Assembly: GCA_964035545.1 (NCBI GenBank)
Contig: OZ037765.1
Location: forward strand, 24,055,504 to 24,119,503
DNA length: 64,000 nucleotides
Reading direction: 5' to 3'
From: Bugula neritina
Lineage: Eukaryota > Animalia > Bryozoa
Shown here one piece after another: positions 1-14,960 of the stretch. Under the pieces are notes generated by a model. It saw only the letters and a program-made list of their open reading frames with translations. It did no database searches and was not told the DNA's origin. The translations under genes were made by a program, and so were the position numbers. Position 1 is the stretch's first letter; each line of letters starts with the position of its first letter.

Positions 1-2542
1 CAGGGAAGATGCATAGCCATGCTCTGCTTCTAAAATATGAGTAAACTATCTGTAAGCCTTGTCACACAAACAATAGTCTCAACTGATGCCAACATCAATT
101 ACAAGAGATAATTAGAGTGAAGTCAAGCTTCTCTTCATACTGATACTTTTTTTGCAATTTCTGAACATGCGATCAGAAAACGATTTAGTAAAGAAATATT
201 TAATTAAATCTAAGCAAGTGAAAAGTGAATCTATGCCAGTAATTTCATCATACTAGATGTCACACACCATTAAACTTTCGGCCACAGCACTCAAGTATAT
301 AGCTTAATATCATGCCATTAAGTTGAAATATCATGCCACATAAAAATCTTGAATAAAACATTAAGTTGAGAGAAAAAATGCTTCAATTATTATTCTATAC
401 CCAAATATATCTAGTTAAGAACACTCCAAAGAGTCAATAGATATGATTAATTGCCAATTCTAATACCTACTGGCCTCTATATATGCAGAGTGATAATTAA
501 TGATCTTTTTATGGGATTTATGGCAGCTAAACTTATTCAGAACATAGGTAGGTGAATTTATAAAAAAAAAGTAGGCCCATGACCATTGAACTAGAGTCAT
601 GAAGCTCAAAACTAGGTTCATAAGACACTTAGACTATTTGACTCATCTGACAAATATGAGGTGAATGTACTAGAGAGCAGGCACCCTGATCAAATGATAT
701 TACATCAAACATGACCAAAATAGCTGGTCATGATCATCATCAGCTTAAACACACCTACTAAACATCCCAGTTGAATACCATCAACATTTTACAATGAATA
801 TAGTACTCAAAGCCTCCATTTTTATTAATTCATTTCTCTAGTATATAGCTTGATGACAAAAAATACAATGTTGCGTAGTTTAAAATATTATATATCATTG
901 AAATCTACATACATCTTATAAGATTATTTTGAATCAACTAGTTTTACTAATTATCACCAGGTGTCAAAATCAAAGTTTTAATGCTCTGCATAATGGGAAA
1001 TGAGTGTGTTCACAATTAAGCATACATCACATGACTCTCATTGCAATTCAAATGGCTGGCATCTTATTAAATATTAATGTAGGCTCCACCAGCTATTAGC
1101 CTTTTCTCCGCATCAATGAGCTTGGACCAGCTATTGTTGTAATCATCATTCGTGATGGCCACTATGAAATTTCATTATGAAGTTGAGCAATTATGGCCTA
1201 TGCTATGTATATGCATTTATTGTAATAATTGAGTAAAAAAGTCAATTACGATTAATGAATATTTGAGCAAATGTAGCTACAAATTTTCAAGTTGCAGATT
1301 CAAATAAAATTTCACCAATTCAAGTATGTAGAACAACAGTGCTTTAAACTGTATCTGCAAGTAAGAAATTGTAAGACTGAGGTTTGCCCATAGCCCTCTA
1401 ATAGTTGGTTACTACTTTGGGAAGAGGTTATAGCATTATCAGTCAGCAGTTGATGGTAGATACTAGATTTGCATCTAATAGGAATGATAATATGACTATA
1501 ACCTAGTTGAACAACCTAGTAATTAACTTTGAATTATAGCCAAAAAGTCAAGCTAAACTATAATTGACAGAAAAATAATGAGCATAGCTCAAACTTTACT
1601 CTTAGAATGTTTATCACTGTGATAGTCATCACCATGGTAACTATGCTGAAGCACTAATAGGTTTCTAATACAAAATCAAGTCCAACGTTTTTGAAGATTT
1701 ATTTTAGATTTTACTCTCAGACATTGCCAGTGCTATAACATAAGCAGAAATAAGTCTGACTATTAAAACTTAATATTAATGTAATGAGTCAATGATAAAA
1801 AACAATGATAAATTATCACAGATATTTTCACAATTTTATAGAAAATCAAAATCTAAATTTAGCACAGTAAATTACAAAAATAAAAAAATGAATATTTTAA
1901 TAACCGTAATTTTTATTAAAAAAGTTAATAACAGCCAACTAGGCCTAATCTTAATTTCAGTCAACTGTTGTGCATCCGATTGAACTAGCTGCAAATACAA
2001 ATTGACTGATATCTTTGTAGTCACTCTGACTCTAAATAAATATAATGGAACGTCAAAAAAACCTAAACATTAAGCTTAGCCGAAAACTAAAGTAGAGTCG
2101 AAATATACTCAAAAGTGCTAGATCTCAATTATCAACAATAGCATCGAAATAAGATGCAGCAACAGTGTCGTCGCAACAGTCTGCATGATAGCGTCGAACT
2201 ACTAGTCTTACATTTAGTTTTACAGAACGTGGTTGAGACTCAGACTGTGTCAAATTATTTTAGGCTTTACTTCAACTTCGATTTAATTTTTAGTTTTATG
2301 CGTTTAGGTATCATTATTAATTACTGTCTTCATAAATTAATTAATAATTATTACACAGTTACTGTTAGTGTTAGATTTAGAGCTAGTGAGTTACACTCAA
2401 TTTTTATTTACTGTTTAGTGTTTAAAATTAATACAACTTGAAATAATACCATAATACCGAGTAATTATAAGTAAATCTGACAGTTACCTCGTTCTCTTCT
2501 GTCTAAATATTCAGCAGCTCGTAGAAGTTGTTCTATATTCAT
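1..2542 (-). CDS. MXI1: Max dimerization protein (Mad/Mxi1 family), N-terminal part; gene continues beyond the left edge
   Basis: Not in the ORF track. Exon 1 (2542-2488, donor GTAACT) reads MNIEQLLRAAEYLDRRER. It splices in phase 1 to exon 2 (29-1, acceptor TTTTAG) reading [10 protein letters not shown]. The joined peptide is the Sin3-interaction domain diagnostic of MXD1/MXI1 (cf. [26 protein letters not shown]). The specific Mxd paralogue cannot be assigned. Confidence 0.9.
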
Positions 2543-2599
2543 TATTTTTATGAAGTACTTTTTATTCGCGAATTCTTAATTTAAAGGTTGCACTTCCAG

Positions 2600-2940
2600 C
2601 AATCCTTAGTCGTATTTTGTGATCTGCTGCACAATTTTGTATATGTGACGCGAGTCAAATTAGAAGCACGTACTAATGTGAACACGTTGTACAGCGCTTG
2701 TAAACAAATGCTCTATTAGCTGGACATGCTTAGTGTCTACCTTGCATTTGCCGCAGGATGAGCACGAAAATGAACCAATGGACGTTGGTTTAGCATTTTG
2801 GAAATTACCAAACCCACGTGCTAGTTTCTATCGGGTGGAATACGCGCTGTGCTTATTCTGGATGAGTAGTACGTGCCGCCAGTGATGAAGTCTGCTCATC
2901 AGTTATTACCGCATATCTGCAGCTAATGACTTCCCGGTTA
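2600..2940 (-). promoter_or_regulatory. CpG-enriched promoter region of the Mxd/Mxi1 gene
   Basis: Local CpG/GC enrichment directly upstream of the ATG at 2542. Contains GTAAACAA (2700-2707), GCACGTAC (2666-2673), GTACGTGC (2869-2876), CACGTG (2815-2820) and CCAAT (~2775). Confidence 0.6.
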
Positions 2941-4722
2941 AAAAATTATTTGATAATTTCATTGAAGCGAAATTTGCTGCTTTAATTTTTCTATGTTGCG
3001 TAGAAGTGTGTTCATTTGAACTTGATAATAATATAGAAACAGGTCTAGGTTAGCACACCAGCATTACAAGTTTACAACCATACAAATTGATAAAATTTGG
3101 CAGCCATGTCAATTATCATGATGGTATTTTACTGTTAAGCAATAGTTTAAATTAGCATATGCTTATATTTTCTCAAATATGTGGATAGAAACAGATCTTT
3201 GTTGTACTTAAGTTTTTTATCTTATTATTATAGTCTTTATACTAAATCATTTACTCAAAGCCATTCATTACACGTTTGCAAATCATGAAAACAGTGAAAT
3301 ATTGAAAAAATAATAATTTTAGCCCATTGTTGTTAACTGCAACGATAAAGTTATTACAGTGGTATTGTAAGCCCTTTAAACTCATTCCACCAAAACCTTA
3401 GAAATTCGATAGTACCCAACATCATAAATAGTAATGCATTGTAGCACATACATCATCTTTTTATAGTATGGTGACCTCTGAACAAAAAAGGTTGGCCATA
3501 AACGAAAGGCCTTTAGACTATAGTTTAAATAATGGTCTTTATTAGCTGAATAATTTGATGGTGTATACATTTTCAGTATACTGAGTACCAGTGACAAAAA
3601 CTTATCAGACTGGTTTAATTTACAACAAAAGCTCAAATTCTGTTAAAACATGAGATCTTTTTAGCCATGCACTAACCCTCTTTCTATTCAACTCATTTAG
3701 TTTTATTCAAATTCAACTCATTACACTATTGCATCAAAAGCAAATTGTTTTTTTTTAGAAAAAAATAACATCCAAGTTTAAAGCCACCAGAAATAAAACC
3801 TGCAATCTGAGACAGACATTGTTTTATTATTAAATTTTTTAGTTTTCAAGCTATCAAATATGCAATTTTCTTATAAACAATGTAATACAATTAATAATGC
3901 TTCAAAAATAGTAACAATTATATAAAAAGTAAACATGCACTTTAACTATACTAGTGTGCCTTAGCAATTAAACAAAATAAATTAACAATAGTTAATAATT
4001 TAAAATATTAAGCAAAAAATAGCACAGCAGGCTTAGCTCAAAATATTTCAATAAATACATTATAGTACCAATATGCACAATATAAAGCTTGCGTCAATAA
4101 AATATTTAGAAATATAAGTTGATTTCTTGCAAATAAATTACAGGTTGCATTAACAAAATAGCAGTGATCATATTTTATTTAGTAATCTTACTTATAGCTT
4201 TATACAAAAAACTACAAATCAAACAGTAGATTATTCGAACAATCAATAGCCCATACAGCTATAAAAAATAACACGTTAAAAAGTTGCATAATGAATCATA
4301 GAAAACTTTTATTTGATTTTAATCTCAGGTGATATGAACAAGGTAGCTGGTAACATGTGTATTAAGCATTATATTGATCATACACTACTTCCAGATTCAT
4401 GAAACACTGATTTTCAGTAGCCACTATTGTTAATGAGAAGACAACTTAAAATTATAGTTTAGCATATCCGTATCCATAATACCATCTACAGTTCTATGCT
4501 ATGCACAATTATTATAGTCATTAGATATAAACTATAGATGCTAAATTGGTATCAATTAATATTACTAAAACTAACTTTAAATAATGTTCATTCAATTCAT
4601 TGATGACTTAAATGATTATGGCGGCAGTTTATTTTAGCAATTTTTTTACAATTAACCAATAAATAGTCCCTTGGTTTTAGATTATATATACATAAACCCC
4701 TGGTAGTACAACACATGTAAAC

Positions 4723-7700
4723 TTAGTCTAACATGTCTAGCACTTCAGCGGCAAGAATCTCTTCTTCGTTACGAATTGGTTTGGACTCCCTTAAAGATAC
4801 ATAACTTAGGTTTTTACATTTCGATACTGACAGAGATAGGACAACTTCAACAGAAACTGAACAGCCATCAAGCCACAATGTTCGCAAGTTGTTGAGCATA
4901 ATTGATGCCAATCCTGCAAATCAAAATTAAAAAAATTAGAAAAGCACAAAATGTTTAAAAACACATATAGCATATGTCATATTTTTTAAAAATGCATTAG
5001 AATCTATCACAACCATTTATAAGATTACTCACAAAAACATCATTGAAGTTCAGTACCATTGCAATAAAACCAAAACACTATAGAAATAGATAACATAATT
5101 AAGTCTCTCTGGAAGCAGACGTGGCCTAAGGGCAAAAGCAGCGGCTTAGTAAACACAAGGCCCATGGTTGATCCCCAGAACAGGCCATTGGTGATGTTAA
5201 GAAGGGCATTCAGTCATGATTGCTCCTGTGTCACAATAGTTAAAAAATCCTTAGCTGGCTTAAAAATCAGCCGTCCAAGTGAGAAAAAAATTGTATCAAT
5301 CTCCAGAATTGGAAAACCAACATTGGTTTGACTTTCAGAGAGCTATATAGTACATGTTGTATTGAATACCTCTATCAGAAATATGTGTTCGGCATAAACT
5401 GAGCAGCTCCAGGTTAGAGCAACCAGCCAGGTAATTCTTAGTAACAAAAGTGTCAGTCAGCCTGTAAAATAAGTACATAATTTCGTGTATGGGTGCTGAC
5501 TTTGAAATAATTATAGAGGTTTCAGAATCATCTTGAATTTGCATTAAAGTTACCTGTTGGGTAACAGGTAGTTGTTGAATAAACTAAACAAAATTTTAGC
5601 ACATAAAAAAATTTAATTAAAAATTGAATACATACAATGTATCACTCAAGTTCAGTTTTCTTATTTTGGATAGTTGTGCAAGGAAAACCAAATCATCATC
5701 ATGCAGCTCTAATCCTTGTAAACCGAGCACTTTGAGATTAGCCAGTTTAGGCAACTCTTCCTTTAGGCAGCGGGAGCTAACTCTAGTACGAGATACATCT
5801 AGTGCCAACAGCCTGGATAGTGTAAAATGAGCACAACTACACAAGAGTACAGCAAAACATTCAACTGTCTTTCATTAATTTAGTTAATAAGCACCACAAG
5901 TGATTGATAATTTAGTCAACTCTTTTTGACCAATAGAATAATTGTATGTCTAGTTTCGTGCTAACAGGGGACAAGCTTTAACAAAAACGAGTACTTTTAT
6001 TTGATTCAGTTTAGGATTAGCATAAAATAATGAATATTATAAACAATATCACTTTCAGGTACAAGATTCAGAAATCCAGTAAAACATCTGTGAGGATAAA
6101 CTGCTGTTTTATCATTACATCCAATCTTTTCATTAAACATTGAGCTGTGTACATATTTCCCATGAACTCATCAATAAATTAAGAAAATTGTTTAATTGTT
6201 CAACTTTCAGTTACTTATAGTTTGAACGGTCTGAACATAATGTTAGACTAGTACTACGTTATTATTGAGTACATAACTCCTAAGTATATGTCATTATAAG
6301 TGAACAATTTTGCCTAAAGGTCAAAATGCAATAAATTAGAAACTGTCTGGCGACAAAAAGTAGAAAACAAAAGTTGAAAAGTAATATTTTACCTGGACAG
6401 AGGCTTGAGTAATTGGGACAGCATCAAATCGTCAACAATCAAATTATTTGCCAAAGAGAGTGTTGTCAAATTTATAGCTACAATATAATATAAACTTGAG
6501 AATTAAAAATATGACACTCAAGTCTATTGAAAATTATAGAGAGTATAAAGAATATAATATATTATACTCATTGTGCACAATGAAAAGTACACACAAATAG
6601 TGTTTTTGTGTGAGCCTATCATCTAACAATCTGTAAACAATGCTGTAGATGAGCATATTTGCTTAGCAGACTACTGTAGTTACTTCATATAAAATTGATT
6701 ATTATGCTTCAATCAACCAAAAGAAACTTTAATAAAAGAGTTTACTAAAAATATAGTGACTAAACTATTTCAGGGTTTAAGAAATATCAATAAATTATGA
6801 TGTATAGCATGTTTTTGAGTATGAGGCTATGAAATACATACATTCAATGTGATGACTTATACTTTGGTGTGTAGTCTCAAACACCTTAATGCTCAGGTTG
6901 CAGTATGCCAGTAGGGGTAGATCTACAAATAAAAGTAAGTTCTCTAGATATTTGCTGGAATAGGGAGTTATTACTAGCATGACATTCTATATCATAGGTG
7001 ATTCTCCAAACTTGGTCACGTCTCACTACACATAATTATATTATCACCTACCCATTTCATATCCGCAAATTTTTCCAATTTACCAATAGCATTACTTTTT
7101 ACAGTCCTATCTTAATTAAATTTGTTATCATGACTTTCAAACACTCAAGCTTGACAATTATTACTGCACTTTTGGTAATTATGTTTTTGTCAATTTCATA
7201 TTTAATATTTTTTATAACCACGTAATGCTTAATAATATTGATAACTATAATCAACAGTTATATAAATCCTAAGTTTTTATTTTTTTCAGTGATCGCAACT
7301 TTATTACATTTGTCTCACGACACACACACACGAATATATCCAATTTATTACTAGTAAAAAGACTAACATACTAACATAAACAAAGAATTAAGATGCTTTG
7401 TATAAAATAACCAATAAACAAGTCAATGACAGCTTTTTTATTATTTATTTTCATGTTATGATTTTTTATTATTGATTATTCTCATCAGTTTAATAGGCAA
7501 TATTTTTAATCACCATCAAAATAATACAATATTACTTTTTTTGTCACCTATTATTTAAGAAATGTTTTTGTTTATTGCCTTTACCAAATTTATTTTATTA
7601 TTCATTATCTTTATTATTTTCTTCTTAGTGTTACAAGAAGGATTAGTAAGAACTTTTTTCTGACACTAGCGGCACATTATTATTTGCTATACGAATAACT

Positions 7701-10628
7701 AACAGCTATAACCAAACCAGCTAGTCCATATAAATGCAGGAAGGATGAAACATATTATGTAAATCTAAAAGTAAAATACATGTATTTCACCAAGGTCACT
7801 TACCAAATATATATTGCAGACACTGATAACCTCCTTTAATATCTGTGCCTTCTAAATTTATATATTCAAGTCTCGTCAATTTTCCAATTTCCTGTTCAAT
7901 AGCGTCCTTTGATAACGTATTACGGCTAGCAATCAAATGCCGGAGACTGAGTAGATTCCGCAGTTCATACAAATGGTGTAGTTTCTGAAATAGAAATTAC
8001 ACACTTTTAATTGATGCTGCTTTCAGTAGTACCAATAGTATCCTCATTAAAGCATTTCATGTAGAAAAGATTTGTTAAAGTTCAACTTGGAAGAACGATA
8101 AAAACACTTTATCAGTGAGTATGGCACACACCAGTGATAAAAAAGAACAAGATAAAAAAAGCCAATCCAAACAACTAACTGCACTAACACTTGAAAGCCA
8201 CAAAAATTAGTAAAATTTTACTACAACAATTAATTCTGTCAATGTGTACATAAAAAAGGAAGACTTAGATATGACAAGCATTTTTGACCAATTTATGTGG
8301 CAGCCATGACAAGCTCTGTATAGTTAAACAAATCCTACACAAAATCTTAAGTTTATCGAAAAGAATCGAGGCAACATGCATGTTAATGTACAAATTACAT
8401 GTAATACATGAGGGTAAACACACCGTAGCGCCTGAGATATTGAGAGTATGTAGTCGAGAATGGTGCAGAAGTGTTTTGAATATATTACTATGTGGAGAGT
8501 TTTCTTCCACAGAAGTATAAGACAGATCCAATATCTCCAGCACAGAGGAGACACCATCACTGAGATGAGCCAGGCCGGCAGTTGAAACTTTACCCACTCT
8601 AGATACAGACAGAGACTTTAGGTTCTTCAACTCTGTAAATAATGTTTGCACACATCAAGTCCAGTGAAGGTATAGAAAAAGACGCATTTTAGTGAACAAC
8701 CTTGAATTATTACCTTTAATATGTCGAAAGCTGTCATTCGTCAAACTTTGGCATCCAGAAAGGCTTAATACTTTCAAGCTCTTAATGGCTGTAAAAATCA
8801 TTAAAAGCATCAAATCAATCTTTAAACTATTTTAATTATTATTATATGTATATTATATCTTTGTGACGTAAAAATAAAAATAAACAAAGAAAAATTATAC
8901 ACAAGGATTAATTACCTTTGAGATGCATCAATGAAGAATCAGTAAGTGAGCTGCAGTTATCCAATACTAGCTTTTCTAGAGGCATTTCTCTACAAGAAGA
9001 AAGTACATTTGGTAATGCAACACTGCAAAGTAGTAAGTTAATGTTTCTAAAGAGTTAGTCCCGTAAATAAATTTTCAGAAGAGAGTAACACAAACCTGAG
9101 TCTATGAAATATTGGTTTAGAGTAGATAACACTGCTGTTTGTATTTTCTGAAAGGTTCAACTCTGTTAGAGGTCTGTAAATCAAAACATGTGACAAAATT
9201 ACTTAAAAAGCATCGGAATTTTTGTGGATGCCCAATATAACGTCCAACATAATACTGGAAAATTACTTATTAATTTAGATATGCACAGCCAATAATTAAC
9301 TTGGTGGTTTTATGTTATCAACATAAAGCAAACTTCACAGACAACAAGGAATTCACACATTTCCTAATCTATAAACTATGACAATGTGTAGACTATAACA
9401 TAAAACATAAACTGTTTACAAATGTTTGCAAACAGTCTCTTAGAGGAGAAGTACATTGTACTTCAGCCTCTTATTTATTCTTGAAACTGCTACAAGAGAT
9501 TATAGTGAATAGGTCTCATGAATTTGATACTAAAAATGGCAAATTTTGAGACTTACACAAATGTCTCAACTAATAAAATTAAATAATCAAGCTTTAAACC
9601 ATTACATCATTAGTTAAATGAGAAATGTTAAGGAAATTTTTAAAACAAATAAAGTCGCATTTTTAGTTTATTTTAATTTGTAATGTGGTTCACAGAGCGA
9701 CACTGCTAAAATGACAATGTAAAATTGAAATCTATACGTTGTACTGTATAACAATATAATTATAAATGTAAATTATTCACATAGTCAACAGTTACATTTA
9801 ACAAAAATATTTTACATCCCAAAATTTGTGTTAAAACATTTTGGATATTTAATGTGGTGTAAAGTGTAAACAGCATCACCTCTGCAGCAGCTTGAGGGTC
9901 ACAGTAGGGCAACAAACTCCATGACTTATTAGTCTGTGCACGAGTGAACAGTACAGAAACAAAGGTATCTGTAGGAGAGGTGAGTACTCGTGTTGACCCT
10001 TGGAGATGCTGCTCATCACTTGCTCTAAGGTCAAATACTCCAACTTGAAAATTCCTTCATTTCTCAATTGAAGGATGTGAGAATGATGCTTCTCTGTTAA
10101 AATATATTCAACAAATATCAGCAAAGAGTACAATATCAACCTAAAATGTTTATTTTGTTTGAGGTATTTATCCCCTTAATAGATAGTATAAGCCATAAAT
10201 AAATTAATATTATAATATTATGCATGATATGCAAGTTAAGGAAAACGGGCCATGTATGGAGTTACAGTGAAGGTAGCACACACACTCATCAGCTGTTTTA
10301 ATAATCACATGTAAATCCTAGATCACATGAAATGCAAATTTGGCACCTAAAGCTTTGCAGATGTTTCAATGAAATAAAAAGTGTCTAAAGCATTGTGACA
10401 CCTCCTGGTCAACCAAAACTGTTAAATAACACGACATCGAATAAGAGGGAATAGATTTTACAAACAGGGGGTTTCTTATAATTTACAAGTGTGCTAGATT
10501 TAAGACAATAAAATCACAATAATTATAACAATAGTAATAATAATATCAATCCAACACTCTAAATATTGAAATATAAAAAATATCTTACCTGAGAGCCCAT
10601 GAGACTGAAGAATGCACTCGAAAGCCAT
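4723..10628 (-). CDS. Leucine-rich repeat protein, RNI-like/AMN1/FBXL-type repeats, about 12 coding exons
   Basis: GT-AG exons at approx. 10628-10589, 10093-9880, 9173-9096, 8989-8915, 8789-8714, 8632-8424, 7984-7804, 6921-6842, 6478-6393, 5812-5636, 5461-5370 and 4913-4723. They give repeated LxxLxLsxc motifs (LEKLVLDNCSSLTDSSL, LKVLSLSGCQSLTNDSF, LEILDLSYTSV, LRTLWLDGCSV). The start Met (MAFECILQ) is inferred, and no F-box was recognised. Confidence 0.8.
5111..5300 (+). mobile_element. tRNA-derived SINE, copy 1 (in the last intron of the LRR gene)
   Basis: A-box-like TGGCCTAAGGG and B-box-like GGTTGATCCC, followed by GGCCATTGGTGATGTTAAGAAGGGCATTCAGTCATGATTGCTCCTGTG. The same core recurs inverted at 20500-20620. 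Confidence 0.7.
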
Positions 10629-13600
10629 TCTTCTACATTTTCTAGTAAAAATATCTCGTACATCACTAAGCTTTAGGCCTACAAGAGCAGATATGAAAAA
10701 AGTTTTAACACAACACCATTATATTACTTATCTGATATATAAAACTATGCAAAGTATATCTACGTGTGTATAATTAATATATAATTGTTCTCATCTTAGA
10801 ATTAAAATAGCTAACTACATGTTAATGAGCAAAGAATAAGACTCACTATTCCTTTTAGCAGTGTTCATGTTAAAATCTGCTTGTATAGAAAATTAAATGT
10901 AAACAGTTTGCAGAATGTACTGCACAATTATCAACAAGTTCCCTCTACCGTGTCCATATACAAAGTGACAGGTGAGGGAACAGTCAACAATTATTGAATA
11001 TGGAATTAATACGTCACCTATCCCAGTGTGTCATTTATCAATTCTACTGAATATAATTTACAATTGTACTGGTATAGGATATATATTTATCAACCAATGT
11101 CACCTTGACTGTAACGGACAGTATGCCTAGAATACATCCTGTAACATATCTTGCCAACAGCATTGAGCCAAGAGCAAATTTTAATGCAAACAATACTGGT
11201 AAAAGTAGCCCCAATATAATACACATGCATGTAGCTTTTGTACTGACTTTTGAAGAAATTTTCAACACCACTCATAAGCAATTTTGAATAATAACTAGTA
11301 TATTTAGGCCATAGTTATCGAAGTAAACTATAAACAAACAAATTACATAAAATCACTTCAGTATAATATTACAACAAAATCCATCTATATTGCCCAAATT
11401 CGTATTTCTGTGAAATATGACAACACAAAGAGCAAGTTCTTCTGCAAAAAAAACTTTAAAATATATTCTTAGTAAATAGCCTTTTATAGATGCAAAGCTT
11501 CATGAAAACAGGAATTATGATCTTCCTCCACACAAACATATCCCGAAAACCAAACAAACCTAGAACAACGGTTATACCAGAATCTACTTTTTAAAATAAT
11601 TGTAGAGGAATGTAAGATTTTAACTAGTTACTACAATAATGCTGACACAAAATGAAAATTAAACTTATAAAGTAAAATATTCTTTGAGAAAAATAGCAAC
11701 TATAACGCAAAACAAAAATTCAAAAATTAATTTCAACTTGAACTTTTTAGATAAGCTTAAACAATTAATAATTTTCAGACAGTTATTGTCAGTTAAGCTG
11801 ACATGAAACATTATTAGTGCAGTTGACAAAAATACATACATTATATTACAGGTGTCACATAATTCATAATCCTTTCAAACACACACATTATAGCAAACCT
11901 ATCGACCAACTGCAATGTCAATTATTGCCAATAATTACAAGTATTTTCTTATTCAGATAGCAATTGAATTCCAACAGGCTTCAATATGTGCCTACTTTAA
12001 GAGCTTCATTAAGTTCAGCAGCTAAAATTCTATAAAGAACTGATACTGGCATGTAAACATGCTGCTTGTACTATTTGCAAGTGCCACAGATTTCTACAAC
12101 TTTTTAAAGTAATTTATAAAATATATGATTATTATCAGTAGTCATTGATGTTGGTACCGACACGTAATATTTTTATGCCCGTAAATCAAACTGGAAACCC
12201 TATTGCTATTTAAAATTCAAAATTCATAAATGCTTACACTACCTAACTACTTAAAGATGGTCTGTGGATAGAACCCCTGTACTGGAATTTTATATTTCCA
12301 AATTAAAGCAAATTATAACAACAAAGAAAATTCAACAAATAATAAAACAATTTTAATGATAAACTATGCTCAAAAATCATTTATACAGATTTGGGGAAAT
12401 AGAAAAACACAAACTACTCGAAATTTGAAAAAAAAAGTCAACAAACACTCAGAACTGAAACCAAAATAAAAGAGCCATGACATAGCTTAAACTGAAACTG
12501 GTAGCAAATACTATAAATTATCCACAAACACAGAAATTATTGTAGTTAAAAAACCTTTTCCCATTGAATGGCAAGTATGCATTGCTAAACAAAATAATAT
12601 TGTAGAGACTTATGGGTTTTGTTGAAAATATTACCATATCTGGAAAAAACTTTATGTATAACACTGTAAAAACTGAAGCAAAATTTCAAAAGCCTCATAA
12701 ATCTACATTGGTATTCTTGCATCCTTGCTAAATCCAAAATTGCAATACAATCTAATTAATTAAAATTACTAAAACCCATCACAACAACACTGCTTGGATT
12801 TCTCAATTTAAGGCATCTTAGAGATAAAAATTAGTCAATCCACAAAAAAACTTACTGACCTTGGAGGTTTTGCCTAATAAACAGTAAAAATATCTAATTT
12901 GGCTATTAGTGTGCAATTTAACATGGGTATTTGAGTTTAGAGGTCATCTGCTTTATTTTCTAGACAAAAGCTTCCCATACTGTAAATGCCTGTTAAATGC
13001 TATAAGTCAGCATACACTTTTAATCTTGAAAGTTTTGTCTGTGATAATGCTGCAGTTTGGCTTTTTGTTTGAAACTAGTGCAAGTAGTTAATATCCTGCC
13101 CTTATAAGTTGAAGTTGTTATTATTTATGTAACAAAACATAAACACCTGAATGTTTGCATATTCTATTCAATATGATGCTGTGAATGAATAACCCATAAA
13201 TTGTAGTCAAGTTCAATATAATAAAATATTAAAAACAATGGGTTTAATTTTTATTTCAAGTCTTACAAACAATTAATTCTATGTATAATTTTATAAACTT
13301 AAAAGTTTAGAATTGCTGGTTTTATGTGTAAAAGAGCACAACTTGTCTTGAGATCAAAAGCCATTATATATCACAATGTATATGTAAAATCCCAGTGATT
13401 GATTGGATAAAATACCAATGGGAAATTTATCAATTTTAAAAGTAATTTTAGGATAAAATCGAGCACCTGCCTTTCTTGGCAACTTTCCCCTGATTTATAC
13501 AGTCAAATATGACCCATTTAAAAGCTATTGAAATTAGAAGCATCTGGCATGTCTGATGTCACTAATGTAAGTCAGAAAAAAGACGGATGGAGAGGCTGCT

Positions 13601-14050
13601 CTTTGCAATAGTAGCAACTCCATGAAAAAATTGCAAACATTTTGCCTTCCAAGTAAGAAAAAGTCTTGTTATTACATTTGGGCACTGATGCCTGGGAAAT
13701 TTGAACATCTTTATCTTATGCTTCAGAAGCTCATTGAGCACTTGGAATTACTTGCTAAAGCCAAAGGCGCCTTCTACTTATAGTTAGACTACGATAAACA
13801 GCATTACTAATAGTAATATCGCTAGGAGTGATACTAAATTTAATATTAGACCTCGTAGACCTAGTCATAGTGATAGTGGCTAATAGTAGCAATGATTCAT
13901 TGATTGTCATTGTGAATGTGATTGCGAGCAGCTCTAGGCCGCCAGGCCTAGCTTTAGGCGTAGCTGTAGGATATAAACAGCAACAGCAGATATGCAGCTA
14001 ATAATCCAATTACAACGATAGTAAAAACATATTCAACTTGTTTATCTTAC

Positions 14051-14300
14051 CAGGATAATATAATGACAGGCATAATAGCAATAACTGTAGTAAGTGTGAG
14101 TAAAATAATGAAAACTAGTCAGACCGGATAAAGTTTTAAGGGTGCCGCCATTGTTATTGTGTTACTGCCGTCGTAGTATTAGATATGGGAATAACAAACT
14201 CACGAATTGTTACAGCACTATCACAGCATTATCGCGTGACGAGTCAATTTGTATTTATTTGTTCAGTTGACAAGTCAATGTCAACTCGATGTTGGCGTGA
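14051..14300. promoter_or_regulatory. Probable non-coding first exon of the LRR gene and bidirectional promoter shared with MRM2
   Basis: Minus-strand donor CTG|GTAAGA at 14051/14050, YY1-like GCCGCCATTGTT at ~14143-14154, and a local CpG cluster between two divergent genes. Confidence 0.5.
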
Positions 14301-14689
14301 TATACAAATATTTATAAATTTATTTGTTATAATCACGATTTTTTTCATGAAGTGATGAGTCAATATGAATAATTACATAAATATATGTTTTATTATTTAT
14401 AATTGAATGAAATTAAATATTATGTGATGCTCATACCGATTCTAATCATTATTTATTTCTAATGAATAGTTATTACTTATTAATATTATGATTATTATCG
14501 TAAATTAAATTTAATGTTATTATAATTATTTAATTATAATAATAATAATAGTATTAATATTTTATTTTTTATTCAATTTTGAATTTATCATAAACTAATT
14601 TTAAATTTACCAATGGTTGATGGTATAATTATTATTAATTTTATTATAAATATATTATTAATTTATCCAAAAACAATTCAAATTGAAAT

Positions 14690-14960
14690 TACACTTAGAG
14701 TTAGAGTTAGTAATTACTAACAAGTTACTATTAGACTTAGTATTACTATTAGTGTTAAACTACTTTTATTATAAATATAAGTATCAGTATAATTGATAAT
14801 ACTAAATACTAAATATAACTATTACCATTAGCATTACTATTACTATTAGTATTAATATTAGTGAATTACTATTACAGTAATACTAATAGTATTACTATTA
14901 TTGTATTAGTATTACTATTACTATTAGCTATTACTATTAGCTATTACTCAATTAGTATTG
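14690..14960. repeat. Degenerate (TAGTAT/TACTAT/TTAGAG)n low-complexity tract
   Basis: Directly visible 3/6-bp periodicity. A shorter tract lies on the other side of the promoter at ~13780-13930. Confidence 0.8.

Noticed and set aside
13460-13780. GC-richer intronic segment resembling a LINE 3' end (…QKKDGWRG…)
   Set aside because: Too degenerate to support a call without a repeat-library search.
14695-14712. TTAGAG repeats as interstitial telomere sequence
   Set aside because: Only two or three units, not TTAGGG, and embedded in the general hexamer tract.
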